This document shows positions 51,221-64,000 of a stretch of 64,000 nt of DNA, in pieces. The stretch lies in contig NC_135664.1 in NCBI RefSeq assembly GCF_964188315.1, positions 7,502,001 through 7,566,000 on the forward strand, read 5' to 3'. Positions within the stretch are counted from its first letter, which is position 1, and every line of letters begins with the position of its first letter. This DNA is from Podarcis muralis (taxonomy: Eukaryota). The position numbers and the translations under genes were made by a program. The notes beneath the pieces were generated by a model, which was not told where the DNA came from, ran no database searches, and saw nothing but the letters and a program-made list of their open reading frames with translations.

Positions 51221-51409
51221 TAGGGCTGGGCGATACACTGGTTTGAAGTCCATAAGTTTTGACCTGGCAATATGTCACAAATCATGGTGGGTGTGCTACA
51301 CAAAAATCACAATGCGGGGGAAACCGTGAAGCCAGCCAGTGCCTCCTCAGACATCACGATATTTCTGTGATATATCACAGTGTTGAAAAACAGATATCGT
51401 CAAGCCCTA
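51221..51409. mobile_element. hAT-like MITE
   Basis: TAGGGCTGGGCGATA / TATCGTCAAGCCCTA imperfect TIRs. Confidence 0.6.
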
Positions 51410-52329
51410 CTAAATACTTGAAATACCATGTTTCAAGTGTGTTCTCCATTATGAAGTTTGAACCTACATGCAGCGAATATAGCTTGAAATTTTGGTACAT
51501 GAGACTGACTTTACTATCACTATAGTCTGTTTTGATAATTGGATTTCTGTGTCCAGTGTTAACCATAGCTTTTGAAATATCACAGCGATATGAGCTCCTA
51601 ATGGTGTTAGGAGTAGAATTTTATGTTTATTTTTATGGCATACGAAGCTGTTGGTTGCTACATCTAGGACAGTGCCTACAGATGATGTAATGAATATTGC
51701 ATCTTCAGTATCTTCTTAGTGTAGAGGTGGCACTGACCTGTGGAAAGCTGTCACTGGAGATTCATTTGTATACTACAACATCTTTCTTCTCTTGCAAATC
51801 TTCCTTTTGCACTTTTCCTTCTCTGAGCTAGGAAGATGGATAGGGTGTAAGACCCCATGCCAAAGTTATGTTTCTGGCATGGGATGAGGGAAAGATAGGA
51901 AGCGGAGATTATTGGACTTTTGACTAACAGTGGCTCTGCAGCCACTTACTGCCTCCAGATGGCATAACTTTTTCATATTTGATGCCTCTCTCTTTCCTTC
52001 CATATCCTGCACTGCCTGATACAAAGAGGCCTGTGTCCGCTGCCTTGGCTCATTGCCTCATTCTACCTCTATAGTACTGGTCCATCAGCCAATTTAGCTC
52101 CACACCCATATTTTAGTATGGTGCTATGCTGTAAATATCGATATAATTCACTATTTCCTTGTTAAAAGTTTTTGAGGTGACTGTGACTGAATTAAGAGAT
52201 TAAAACAATTATTGTTACTAATGTAGTTAAGTGGGCTAGTTTTAACTTTTAGAGCTGTTTGACATTAACATCATGGTTATGAGATGCCTATTGCTTTCAG
52301 GTAATAAAGATGATTTGCTACAGTTGGTT

Positions 52330-52460
52330 GAACAGCTTCATCCAGACAATAGTAATGAATGGATCAGCATCAAACTGGAAAGAGGTATCAAGTGGGATTC
52401 CTCAGGGATCAGTTCTGAATGCAGTGCAGGTCGTCTTCATTAATGACTTAGATGACTGAG
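52330..52460 (+). mobile_element. Ancient CR1 RT-domain fragment
   Basis: NGSASNWKEVSSGIPQGSVL..FINDLD, the RT motif region of CR1-clade LINEs. Confidence 0.7.
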
Positions 52461-54004
52461 TGGACCACAACTCTTAGCAAATAGGTTGGAAATATTTTAG
52501 AATATTCTACAATGGCCTTGATAAATTGGATAGCTTGCTAACAATAACATTTAGACTATACTTACATAAAAATTGTATATGGGATTTAATAATAGGGACT
52601 AACGTGTTTCTCATGTTCCCGGGTTCATTTGATGTGGCTCAAAATTTGGTGTTCTAAAAGTCTTGGCAAGAAAAATTCAAACCCACCAGCTTTTTATTTT
52701 CCTCTGGCTAGAGGTTCTGATGAACGCAGCTAGCCTATTGGCAGGGCTTTGTTGTTGTTTAAATTGAGTTCTGAAAAAATATTTGATGAATACTAAGAAA
52801 ATTGTGTGTACTCTCACTACTACTGTCTTACAGTTTACCAATGGAGAAAAGTTCCCTGTCAAACTCCACTGTAAACACATTGGTACATGAAGGCAGGATT
52901 TTTGAGGCCTGCAAGTCTGTGTTAACATAACTTGTTACATTTGATGTGTTAAACTTCGATATTAGTTTTAGCAACACTGGGATGACAGGATCTCTGTGAA
53001 TGTAATGGCATTTCGTAGGAAGCTGTATATATAAAGATTCTGTTTTAAGTGACATCACTCAGCTTACTTTAAATATATATATCTTGCCCATCCTGTGTCT
53101 GTCTTGCAGTTAGCAACAGCCTTTTTTAAGGATCTGTGAGGCTTTTGTATCCCTCACCACAAAAAAGTCAATATCTTCCAATTAGCTTTATTGGTTGTTA
53201 AAAGTCATTACGGCCAAACAAGATCCTAGCCATAATTCCAGTACCCTTACATTTCATATTGTGCACCATAAAAGAAAGAAACAAACAAAAAAGCACAGGT
53301 TTACATCTTTAGTGGAGTACTACAATTTTTTTAAAAAAAGCAGGGAGCCATTTAAAACATGAGCTTTAAAGCCAGAACAGTGTTGTAAAAGATGCACGCT
53401 TCTGAAATAACTAGTGTCTCCTCCTCTTCAGATCAAGATTTTCTCTGCTTAGAAAACCAACCTTTTCTGCATTTTTTTCTGGCAGATGTGTCAGTTTCAT
53501 TCCTGCTGAGGCAGTCAGAACAGATGGTAAGCAATGAAATAGTTCAGACACACAAGAGGTTTGCTTATCGAACCTATTCCATATATATTTTACAATTAGG
53601 GAAAGTTTCTAAGCTGGGAGATTGGGTACAGTGACTTAAAATTTGTAATTCCACACTTGTTTACAGCACCATTGGTTGAGCAATACCTTTCTCTGAGATT
53701 TGGTGAAATACTACTTGTGAATGGGTACCTTGCTTTACAAAAGGTTAAATTACAGAGGAGGAAAAAGTTACAGAAATAAAAACACAAGACCCAAATGATA
53801 TTCAGCGTGCACAGCTTAATGTGCTACAGCTCTAGCTACCTTACTGAAGAGAACTGTAACAGATACTGTCTCTTGTGGCTAAATTTTAAAAAAGGGAGAA
53901 CTACTATTTCAACAGCTCAAGTTGTAAAGGTTTAGAAAAGGAGTGCTATATTTTGTGATTCAGGCAGCATTTGGCGGCAGTAGATGTACACAAGTTGTTT
54001 TCAG

Positions 54005-54079
54005 GCTCCTCCTAAAAACAGCTGGTTTGTTTTACACAGGAAACTGCCTGTGGCATGAATGTATATTAAATATTATGAA
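54005..54079 (+). other. KMT2E: Candidate KMT2E non-coding exon 2 (alternative acceptor at 54040)
   Basis: TTGTTTTCAG| acceptor (or GTTTGTTTTACACAG|) and AA|GTGAGC donor. Lies 2.6 kb upstream of the first coding exon, consistent with my recollection of a short human non-coding exon 2. Not verified. Confidence 0.45.
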
Positions 54080-54091
54080 GTGAGCATGCGT

Positions 54092-54096
<5 letters not shown>

Positions 54097-54140
<44 letters not shown>
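54097..54140. repeat. (CA)22 microsatellite
   Basis: Direct reading. Begins 18 nt after the candidate donor at 54079. Confidence 0.95.
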
Positions 54141-54146
<6 letters not shown>

Positions 54147-54486
54147 GAGAGAGAACTTAACTTTTTAATGTAAATAGTGAATCATGCACATACATATCCA
54201 TCCTGTTGAGCTACAAATGATACTGCATGTGGGGCTAGAAATGCAGATTAGGGTTTTTAAGATCTTCAATAACATTTTCCATCCTTCATCAAATCATCAG
54301 CATTATATAATACATTTAACTGAAATATAACTAACTCTCTTGATTCAAAACAGCATAAGAAACAGGAATTTGAATATGGTTTGAAGAGTTCTCTGTAGGG
54401 ATTCTCTAAGTGGCTTTTATATTGAAAAAAGTCTTTAGTGTGCCTGTATTGGGGTGGATAGCTTGACTTCAGTTAACCATTTAGAC

Positions 54487-54737
54487 CAGGCGTCAGCAAG
54501 GTTTACCTTGCCTGGGCCGGTTCACTCCAGCGGAGATCCCTCTGTGGGCCAGATTGTGCGCCCACGATTTCCAGCATCTGCGCAGATGCGATTTCCGGCA
54601 CCGTAGAAGTGAGTCCCTGCGCCGGATTAGTGCAGGGACTCGCCAAGCACGCAGCTCAGTTCAGGGGTGGCTCGTGGGCTGGTTAATGACCCCTGTGGGC
54701 CACTTGTGGCCCATGGGCCTTAGGTTGCCTACCCCTG
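54487..54737. mobile_element. hAT-type MITE
   Basis: CAGGCGTCAGCAAGG / GGTTGCCTACCCCTG ends. Perfect 8-bp TSD ATTTAGAC at 54479-54486 and 54738-54745. Confidence 0.85.
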
Positions 54738-55479
54738 ATTTAGACTGCAGTTCTGTACATACTTATCTGTGAGTAGAGTAGATTTTGAGTTCTTATTTTT
54801 TTCAGTAAGTTTGCCACATTCCACATTATTTGTCAATTTTTTTTCAAAAAAGAAAAGTCCTGCCAAAAAATCCATCAGCATATTCGTTCACTTTTCTCCT
54901 AATATACACTTCTTGCCTACCATTTCCCCTATATAAACATACAAAAATGCATTTTTTTATCTAATATGTACATTTTTGCACACATTATTTGGTTAGAAAA
55001 CTGCATCACAAAATTAAGAGATGTACAAATTTGGAAGGATAGCTGCATTATGGTTTGCACGTTGTTTTCAGAGATGTGAATTGGCAGGTTCACATTCAAA
55101 TTGGAACTGACCTTCTCCATTCCTGCTCGGGATTTAGTTCCACTGAATTCAGTGAGACTGTACTTCTGTGTAGATATGTATATAATTGCACTATTTCTTG
55201 ACAGTATTAAATCAATGATAACCTTTAATGCAGAGACTGGAAATCTAGGCACTGATATCATCACCCAGTTTCAGCATGTGGGCTGGGAAAAGATATTTGG
55301 TCTGTAAACTGAAGAAACCGGCAATGACAGAATCAAAAGTAGCATAAGAAACTGGTCTCCACTTCCTCTGCTGCTGTTGGGACAGACGGAGGAGAGAAAG
55401 TGACTGCAGAAGACTGATGTGGACCAGGGTTTCCCAAAATTGGGTTTCCAATTGTTGTTGGACTACATCTCCCATCATT

Positions 55480-56100
55480 CTGTGTCTAGGGCAGTTGTCT
55501 ACCAGCTCCATCTGGTTTGCTGGCTAAGACCCTGCCTGCCTGTTGCCAGAGTGGTACATGCTCTGGTTATCTCCCTCTTGGACTACTGCAATGTGCTCTA
55601 CGTGGGGCTACCTTTGAAGGGACTCGGAAACTACAACTAATCCAGAATGCAGCTACCAGATTGGGAGCATCTGTTGGGACCGTTTTACACTGGTCCTAAA
55701 GGCTCCCAGTAAGTTTCCGAACACAGTTCAGAGTGTTGTTGCTGACCTTTAAATAGACTTTTCACACCTGAAGGAGTGTCTTCATTCCCATCATTCAGCC
55801 TGGACACTTAAGATCCTGTTCCAAGGGCCTTCTGGTGGTTCCCTCACTTGGAAGTTACAGGGAGCCAGGCAGAGGACCTTCTCAGTAGTCGCATCCATGC
55901 TGTGGAACGCCCTCCCATCAGATGTCAAAGAAATAAGCAACGATCTGACTTTTAGAAGACATCTGAAGGCAGTCCTCCATAGGGAAGTTTTTAATGTTTG
56001 ATGTCTTACTGAGTTTTAATTTGTTGGAAGCCACCCAAATTATCTGGGCAACCCAGTCTGATGGACAGCATATAAATAATAAATTATTGTTAATTATCAT
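55480..56100 (+). mobile_element. L2 LINE 3' fragment nested in a palindromic MITE
   Basis: VVHALVISLLDYCNVLYVGLPL..KLQLIQNAATRL is an L2 hallmark, and the 3' end matches 10822-11020. The MITE arms at 55425-55478 and 56101-56159 are of the 28054 family. Confidence 0.85.
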
Positions 56101-56656
56101 CAGGGATGATGGGAATTGTAGTCCAAAACCAGCTGGAGACCCAAGTTTGGGAAACTCTGGTATAGGCTCTCAGTTGGTCACCCTTAGTTTCAAAATTGGC
56201 ATGTAGAGTCTTCATTTTAAATTATCTTAATGTTCTTTATTTTTGCTACATTTATTTGCTAAAGGAATCTCTAGTCCTGTTTACTTTGAGTAACCATTAA
56301 AGCACAATTAAAGCCTTAATACAGATGTTTGCACATAAACATGTACATTTATAAATGAAGGCTGCATGCATTTGTTAAGGGCATACAGTAATGATGCAGT
56401 TACTAACTTAATCAGTTTACTTTTAGCAGAAAGGGATGGAATTAATAAGTAACGTGTAAGAAAGTAGTTGAAATAGATTTTACCTTTTTCTAGGATTGAC
56501 ATCTGAGTAAATGTGCTTAGAGACTGTGCTTATTAGAGACTGTTCAGTCTCCAATAATTTAATGTTCATACTGAAATTTTAAAAAAGGTAAGCTCTTTTA
56601 ACTCATACATTTGAAATAAAAATTAAAAGTTTCTCTTTTTCTCTTTCGGTTAACAG

Positions 56657-56842
<186 letters not shown>

Positions 56843-57644
56843 TAAGTATTGTGGCACAACAGCAAATTTGCAAAATTGGTTCTATCTTACATTTCATTTT
56901 ATGCATCTCTGCAGTGTTGCTCAGTTTCAGTTGATTCACTTCTGGGCATAATAAACAGAATCAAAGTTTGAACTCTACCTTATAGTTTTCCTTCTTAAAA
57001 GTCTTGACTTCACTTACATTTCAGTATGTATTAGAGCCCATTTGGATATGTTATGACAAAATTGCTATTTTTAAAGTTTTGGCAATATATGTTTTTTCAT
57101 ATATAGTGTTCATTTCTACTTTAGCATCTAGGGTGATTCTTAAATTAACATTTATTAACTATTCTCACAGTGAAACTTCATAACACACTTTCCCCCCCCC
57201 CCCCTTTGCTCTGAGCTATTCAGTTTGGGGTGAAATCAGAATACTGATACATAACTTGTGCTTATAATAGAAAATTTAGTAATCAGGAGCACCTTCCTTC
57301 AGGGTCTATCTTTATAGTTCCTTAGTACAACCTGTAAAATATATCCTTTCAGGATACAGTACTGGCAACACAGGAAGCCTGTGGTGCTGTGCTTATTCTG
57401 CCACTAGATGTCATAATTTATTGGGGTTTCAGATACTGCTAACAGCATATGGGCAGACTCCTACGCTGCATATGTGTTCTCAGAAACAATAAGAATTATT
57501 GATACTTGTGTACTCCTGCCTTGTAATCTTTTTTGTGCTTCTTTGTTTTACAACATTGTTGTCAGTGTTGTTCAAATGGATAGTATTCACTTGATAGTGC
57601 ACACCCATACCACTACAGAAACTTTAAATTAGTGTTGTTACTGA

Positions 57645-57938
<294 letters not shown>

Positions 57939-58209
57939 TAAAGAGAACTTTAAATGTGCCTTGTTTGGTTGATTTTCCGGCTTATTGTGGGAAGTCCTCC
58001 ACTAAAACAGCCAAAATCATGACACTTATATGGTAGAGTGGTTCTGATACTAGAAGTCTTGTATTCACTCTTTATTACTGTCTTTTTTTTAACAAAATGG
58101 GTTGCATCCAGACCTAAACTTTCACGAATGAAATGCCTTAAGATCCCCCCAGAGCTGGTTTTAGGGAGGTAATGGGGAAGTGCAGTAGAATGGAAGAAAT
58201 GGCAAAAGT

Positions 58210-58720
58210 TGCATCTGCAGAAGAGCATGACAAGATGGTTTGAGCATATAACACCAATCTTGGCCTGATTGTACTGGCTACCAATTAGCTTCAGGGCACA
58301 ATTCAAAATGCTGGTTTTGACCTACAAAACCTTAAATGGCTGATAACCACAATACCTCAAGGATCACATCTACCCATGCAAATGGAACCAGACCCTGCAA
58401 TCATCATTGGAGGCCCTTCTCTGTGTGCCTCTTCTGTGACACTTCTGAAGGGTGGCAGCACGAGAATGGGCCTTTTCTGCGGTGGCTCCCTGCTTGTGAA
58501 ACGCTCTCCCCATGGGAGATGACCTTGCTCCTTCATTACATATCTTTAGGTACCAGGCAAAAACATTTCGCTTCTCCCAGGCCTTTGTTTAATCAAACAA
58601 TCTATGGCCTTTTAAACTGGGGTGGGGTAATTGTTTTTATTTGTTGCTATGGTATGTATTTTTGTGTTTTTAAATTGTAAACCACTCTGTGATCCTTGGA
58701 TGAAGGGTAATAATAATAAC
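58210..58720 (+). mobile_element. L2 LINE 3' fragment in a KMT2E intron
   Basis: HITPIL..L.WLPISFRAQFKMLVLTYKTLNG is typical of L2, followed by a (TAA)n tail. Confidence 0.75.
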
Positions 58721-59570
58721 AGTCCTCAATTGTGTCAATGTGCACCAGTGTTTGATGTAATATGGTCCTAGGTGCTGCACCATAGAACATTAACTGATAC
58801 ACCTGATCCTGTCAGCTCTTCCTTCAGTGTAGGATAATGGGATCAATCTATAAATATTTTCAGAGTGATGAATAGGCTTGCTTTTCTTCCTGTAGATAAA
58901 TGGCACCTAAATGGGGACAGTTGCTATACATGTATAAAATAGAAATATGCCTTTAGTTAAAGAGGGTAAGTCATGCACTTCATGAAAATGCACTCCATTT
59001 TGAAGAATTCTGGCATTTCTTCTAGCTAGGTGAAATCTGTATGGGTGCCGAGAAACAAGGTGTGCTTTGTGTCAGTGCCCTTTTTAAAATTCAGCTCAGA
59101 TAAATTTCTCTGCTTTATTATGTCATGATTGGGGAATGTGAGTGTGCACGTAGAGCATTGACTAGTACCATGCTTAGTGATGCCTGACAGTTTTCCTAGA
59201 TAAAGTTATTAGCGATAAAAAGATGTTTGCTGTTCAGATGAAATGTGAACAACCTAGCGTGCAGTGGAAATTTGAGGAAAGCAACGCTTTGTTCACTGTT
59301 TAAAGAATAGTAGAAGATTAATTAAATGAAAATACTTTTAATGTATACATTAAACCATCCTCTTCTGATCTCTTCTAAGTTGGCCACACCCAGCTGAAGG
59401 TGTATGCCACAATCATGTGAATGGAAATTAACTATTTCTGGTAACAAAACCAGTTGTAGCAGATCTCTCCAGTACACAAGTAATTACATTAGTTTTCAGA
59501 TACTGATTTTATGCTTAGTGCCTTTCAAAACCAGGATAGTTTGTCACCTGTTTTTTAACATCCCCGTTAA

Positions 59571-59957
<387 letters not shown>

Positions 59958-60737
59958 TAAAGTAATGCCATATATGCAAACATTTCTTAAATATTTTTCT
60001 TCTGTGCTACTGAAATCAGCCCTTCTTGTCCCCAATTGCTTAGAGCCATCTCCTTCCTCAGGCCCTTCATAGGCATTGTAGGGCATTATGCAAATATGGG
60101 AGAAAGAGAAACCGTCACCATTTTGTTATTGTGATAGCTGCCATTTTGCCTTCAGGATGGAGAGGGGAGGTGACAGACCAGCCAAGCCAGCAAAGACTTT
60201 CTGCAAGCGGGGGTCATACTAAGAAGGGTCACGGCTCACAAGTCATTGTTAACCCTGCAGAAGGGTAAGAGGGAGGACTTGGGTAGGAGGAGCTTGACCA
60301 ACTGTTGGACGGGTTTTCTGGGCCAAGATTAATGCCATTGGTATTTCTGAGGAGGCGACACATGACTAAAAGGGGTGCATGGAAATATACCAAGATGTGA
60401 CATCAGTTTTAATTGGAAACCCTGGGGGAAACGCAGTGTGTATTTTGGCTGCATTGTCCCTTGGAACTGCATTTGTTTAAGATTGCTAGACTGCTTTATG
60501 AACTGCTCTTATGAAGGAGAATTCAAAAAACATTTTGGAGTTTGGTTAGGGAAATTCTGTCATCCAAAGTGGTGCGTATGCACAGCTGAACTTGTTCAGT
60601 GACTTGTCTTTTTGAATGTTCATAATTTATATTTTTTAATATTGTTTGAGGTGGAGTAATAGAGTATGTTGATAAAGCAGTGTATTAAATGAGTGATCAG
60701 ATAGTAGAATGGAGCTTTTGGGGAAAAGAACTTGTAG

Positions 60738-60911
<174 letters not shown>

Positions 60912-62242
60912 TAAGTCGCCTGTGGTCAATTAAAAAAAATAAACCCTGTTGTTTGCATGAGGTTTGAAATTCATAGCTCGAATGTTGAAGTGACTGTTGC
61001 ATGTCATCTTCATGTTGTTTAAGTAGATCTTTAAAATTCCTAAACTGTATTGCTAAATTAATCATTAATAGAAATGGAATGATAGAAATAATAGACTTGG
61101 GCTACAACCTGGAAATAATATTTCATTGAATTAGCCGATAACGGTGGCTTCCCTGCCATAGGTTATAAAAATGCCTTTGTCTAGCAGAAAAAATAGTGAC
61201 TGCTTTTCAATGAATGAAGGCTATTTTGCTATCTTTAAAAGATACTTATATCACTACATGAAACTATTATTGAAGATCACAGTAGATTTAATAAAATGAG
61301 AAAATCAGTTGTCCAAATGCAGGTGTGAAATAAGGTTTTTGCATGGAGGTCAACTGCTGAATGGGCAAAAATCTGGGCCTGGTGTTGGGGGGAAAAGCTG
61401 CAATCTTGTACCCTCTTACTTGGAAGTAAGACCCATTGACATGAATAAGTAAGACCTGAGCAGTCATGAATAGGATTACACTGTTATAGTTCCATACAGG
61501 AGGTGATCGTATTGCATACCCAGATGCACAACATACAAGTAGCTTTCTGCTACTACTGTTCTCTGAATTGGAACCATTGGCAATCAACTGCCATTGCTCA
61601 GTATCTCATCTGAGGCATAGTTTTGATACCCGACTCCTTCCTCTGTCTTGGGATAGCAAAAAGACATGCAATCCATGTGAGAAAGGGATTTGCTTGCTGC
61701 TGGCACTTGGAAGGGTGGGTTGAAAACAGCTCCAATAAGAATAATTGGGGGTTGAATGAAGCAGCCATTCTGCAGCACAGTTTTTGTTGAATGGCTGAAA
61801 GCACCCTCTTGTTCACTCTCACCACTTATTTAATTCTCCCCTTTTCACAATAAAGTATTATTTATTTTACTTATATCATTTCTTCCCTGAATTTATGAGC
61901 CAGGAGAATCCCTTAGCTAAATGGTTCAGCAGTTTCTCCTCTTAACTATGAAACTGGAATACTGGAAGGGACTGCAATGTTTTGGTTCTGCTTTGTTTTG
62001 GTACAACTGTTTCATTCTGGGAATTGTAAAATTCCTAGAGCAGGGAACTCCTTGCTAGGGAGTTTAAATAGTTATTGTGAATATTGAAAATGAATTTTCA
62101 TACAACAGTGAGTGGAAACAATCATTTTATATCTCTAATTCTTCCATTTAATGTGTAGGAGCTATCTGTCAGAAAGTTTAGATGCTTCAGCAACAGAGTA
62201 ACGTGTATTCAGTTTTATTTCTTTTTTTCTTTTTGTCAACAG

Positions 62243-62301
62243 GAACTTAGATAAAGAGAGGGCAATGTTGCTGCAGCGTAGAAAAAGGGAAAATATGTCA
62301 G
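62243..62301 (+). CDS. KMT2E: KMT2E coding exon 5 (NLDKERAMLLQRRKRENMS); gene continues beyond the window
   Basis: TTTTTGTCAACAG| acceptor, G|GTAAGT donor, 59 nt. Cumulative CDS 556 nt. Confidence 0.96.
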
Positions 62302-62439
62302 GTAAGTAACAAAGTTCTTAAACTGAGATACAATTAGTGAGTAATTCTCCCAAAGGCTACTAACACAATGCTTTTGATTTATAGCCTTATACTGTTCAAG
62401 TTAACTGCCAGTGGTTATTTTTCTTTTTAATTCTGTAGA

Positions 62440-62945
62440 GCCAGGGTGGTGTAGTTGTTAGAGTGTCATACGTGGATCTGGGAGATCAGGGTTCAAATCC
62501 CCACTTGGCCATGAACCTTACTGGGTGATCTTGGGCCCGTCTATGCCTCTCAGCCTAACCTACCTCATAGGGTTCCAATCCAAATTGGATTTATTATGGC
62601 CATAGACCAGCATAAGGTGATAGCACCTCCATACATAAAGAAAGCATGCTAGATAGGCAATAGGGCAAATGCAGAAGTAGAGGGTACACATACTCATACT
62701 CTGTTACAGTAGACCAGCATAAGATCAAAACACATAAAAACATGTAAACCAGACCTTCCGTTTTAGACCTGCTGTGTGACACATACCATCCTCTGACGTA
62801 TGTCAATCATAGCAGCACAGTATCTGAATATGTTATATCAGGATTTATATCTTGGAGGAGATATAAGGTTGTTGTGGGGATTAAATGAGGAGGGGGAGAA
62901 CCAAGTGTGTCACCTTGAGCTCAGTGGAGGAAATTTAAATAAATA
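62440..62945 (+). mobile_element. CORE/MIR-like SINE interrupted by a ~290-bp insertion (about 62576-62864)
   Basis: Head and core at 62440-62575 match 45140-45265, and the body resumes AGGTTGTTGTGGGGATTAAATG at ~62866. The insert begins with TTATTATGGCCATAGACCAGC, similar to ~8285-8305. Confidence 0.6.
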
Positions 62946-64000
62946 ATCAGAAAGGATAATGGGTGCACATGGCATGCCAGGCAAAATTAGTTTCTCTTGA
63001 CATTAAGAATCCTTTAACTAAAAAATGCATATGCAAATTTTTGGAATTAGCCAGACTAACATTTGTGTTATTGCTATACTTCAAAAATGTTTTTTCTCCC
63101 GCACCAAAAGCTCATGTTTTTTCAAGGTTCCAGTTTGCACACATTTTTTATGGTTTAACATTCCCCAATACTAAGTGCCTCCTCTACTCATGCTGCTGCC
63201 ACACCAGGGTGAAAACAAGCCAGAGTCTGGTTCGTAATGACATGTGAACCTGAGCTTATTATTTGTTTCTCTCTAAGGAGGCCACAGACGGTAAGCCAAG
63301 AACAGAAATTGCCCCCTACTCATCGTTTGTTTGGAGAGAAACAGTGAGCTTAGGTTCATATGTCACAACAAGGAAGACATGTTTTTAAAAAAATATTTTA
63401 AAATAAAGATTTATCCATACCTCTCATTCCTATTTCTATAAAAGAATGAAGGAAAGGGTATAGTTGATTTGATTATGAGACAAACTACTCTCTATTTTGC
63501 AGTCAACAAAAAAGCTGATATCTTACCAAAAAGTGAGCCAAAACCTTCTTTTGGTTGTCTGTGGTTTTTATCTTTTGTATTCATGAATTCTTGCCACCCT
63601 GTGTCCTGATTTTTTCTCTTAATTGTTGATAAAATCTGGGGTCGTAGTTATGCGCTTCCACAGACTATTAACCATATTTTGATTACTTTGATTCCCAGAG
63701 GTTCAAAGTGGACATAAAGAAGTTGAGACCACATGGTTACAGTTGTTTGGATGGTGGAGGAAAAGAATTAACCAGTGTTAGATTTTTGAGAGTTCACTTG
63801 GCGAGATAAGCCACGTGTTAGGTGATCTAGCCTGAAATCTGAGAACAAATAAAACCTATATTTATGTTTGAGACACAAGGATCCATTTACGCACATGAAA
63901 GGGGACAGTGCTTGCATGCCTTTCTGTCTGGCTTTTACTGCCACCATTCCCACAGTCTGTGAAGCAACCAGTGTTTAGAAGAGCTTAGTGACTTGCTTGG

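Overview
This is vertebrate genomic DNA, not prokaryotic. The Sauria SINE, BovB, L2 and Penelope repeat content points to a squamate, probably a lacertid lizard (inference). The window holds the 5' end of KMT2E (MLL5) on the + strand: a CpG island at about 35.4-39.8 kb, a non-coding first exon near 38.4-38.8 kb, a candidate second non-coding exon at 54005-54079, and five coding exons (56771-62301). These encode residues 1-185, including the DHNY HCF-1-binding motif and the complete PHD finger, and the gene continues beyond the window. The first ~29 kb is intergenic and dense in transposon debris: L1 3' ends with TSDs, Sauria SINEs, BovB, L2, Ngaro/DIRS-like fragments, hAT and Tc1/mariner-type MITEs, a solo LTR and a four-level nested insertion. 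The most interesting signals are a complete minimal hammerhead ribozyme in a 132-bp Penelope-derived insert antisense in KMT2E intron 1 (46922-46961), a dense uORF arrangement before and overlapping the KMT2E start codon, a YY1-motif-rich and apparently bidirectional promoter, and a conserved module in otherwise divergent L1 3'UTRs. I found no evidence of a wholly new multi-gene system. Repeat family names and human comparisons come from recall, not database searches.
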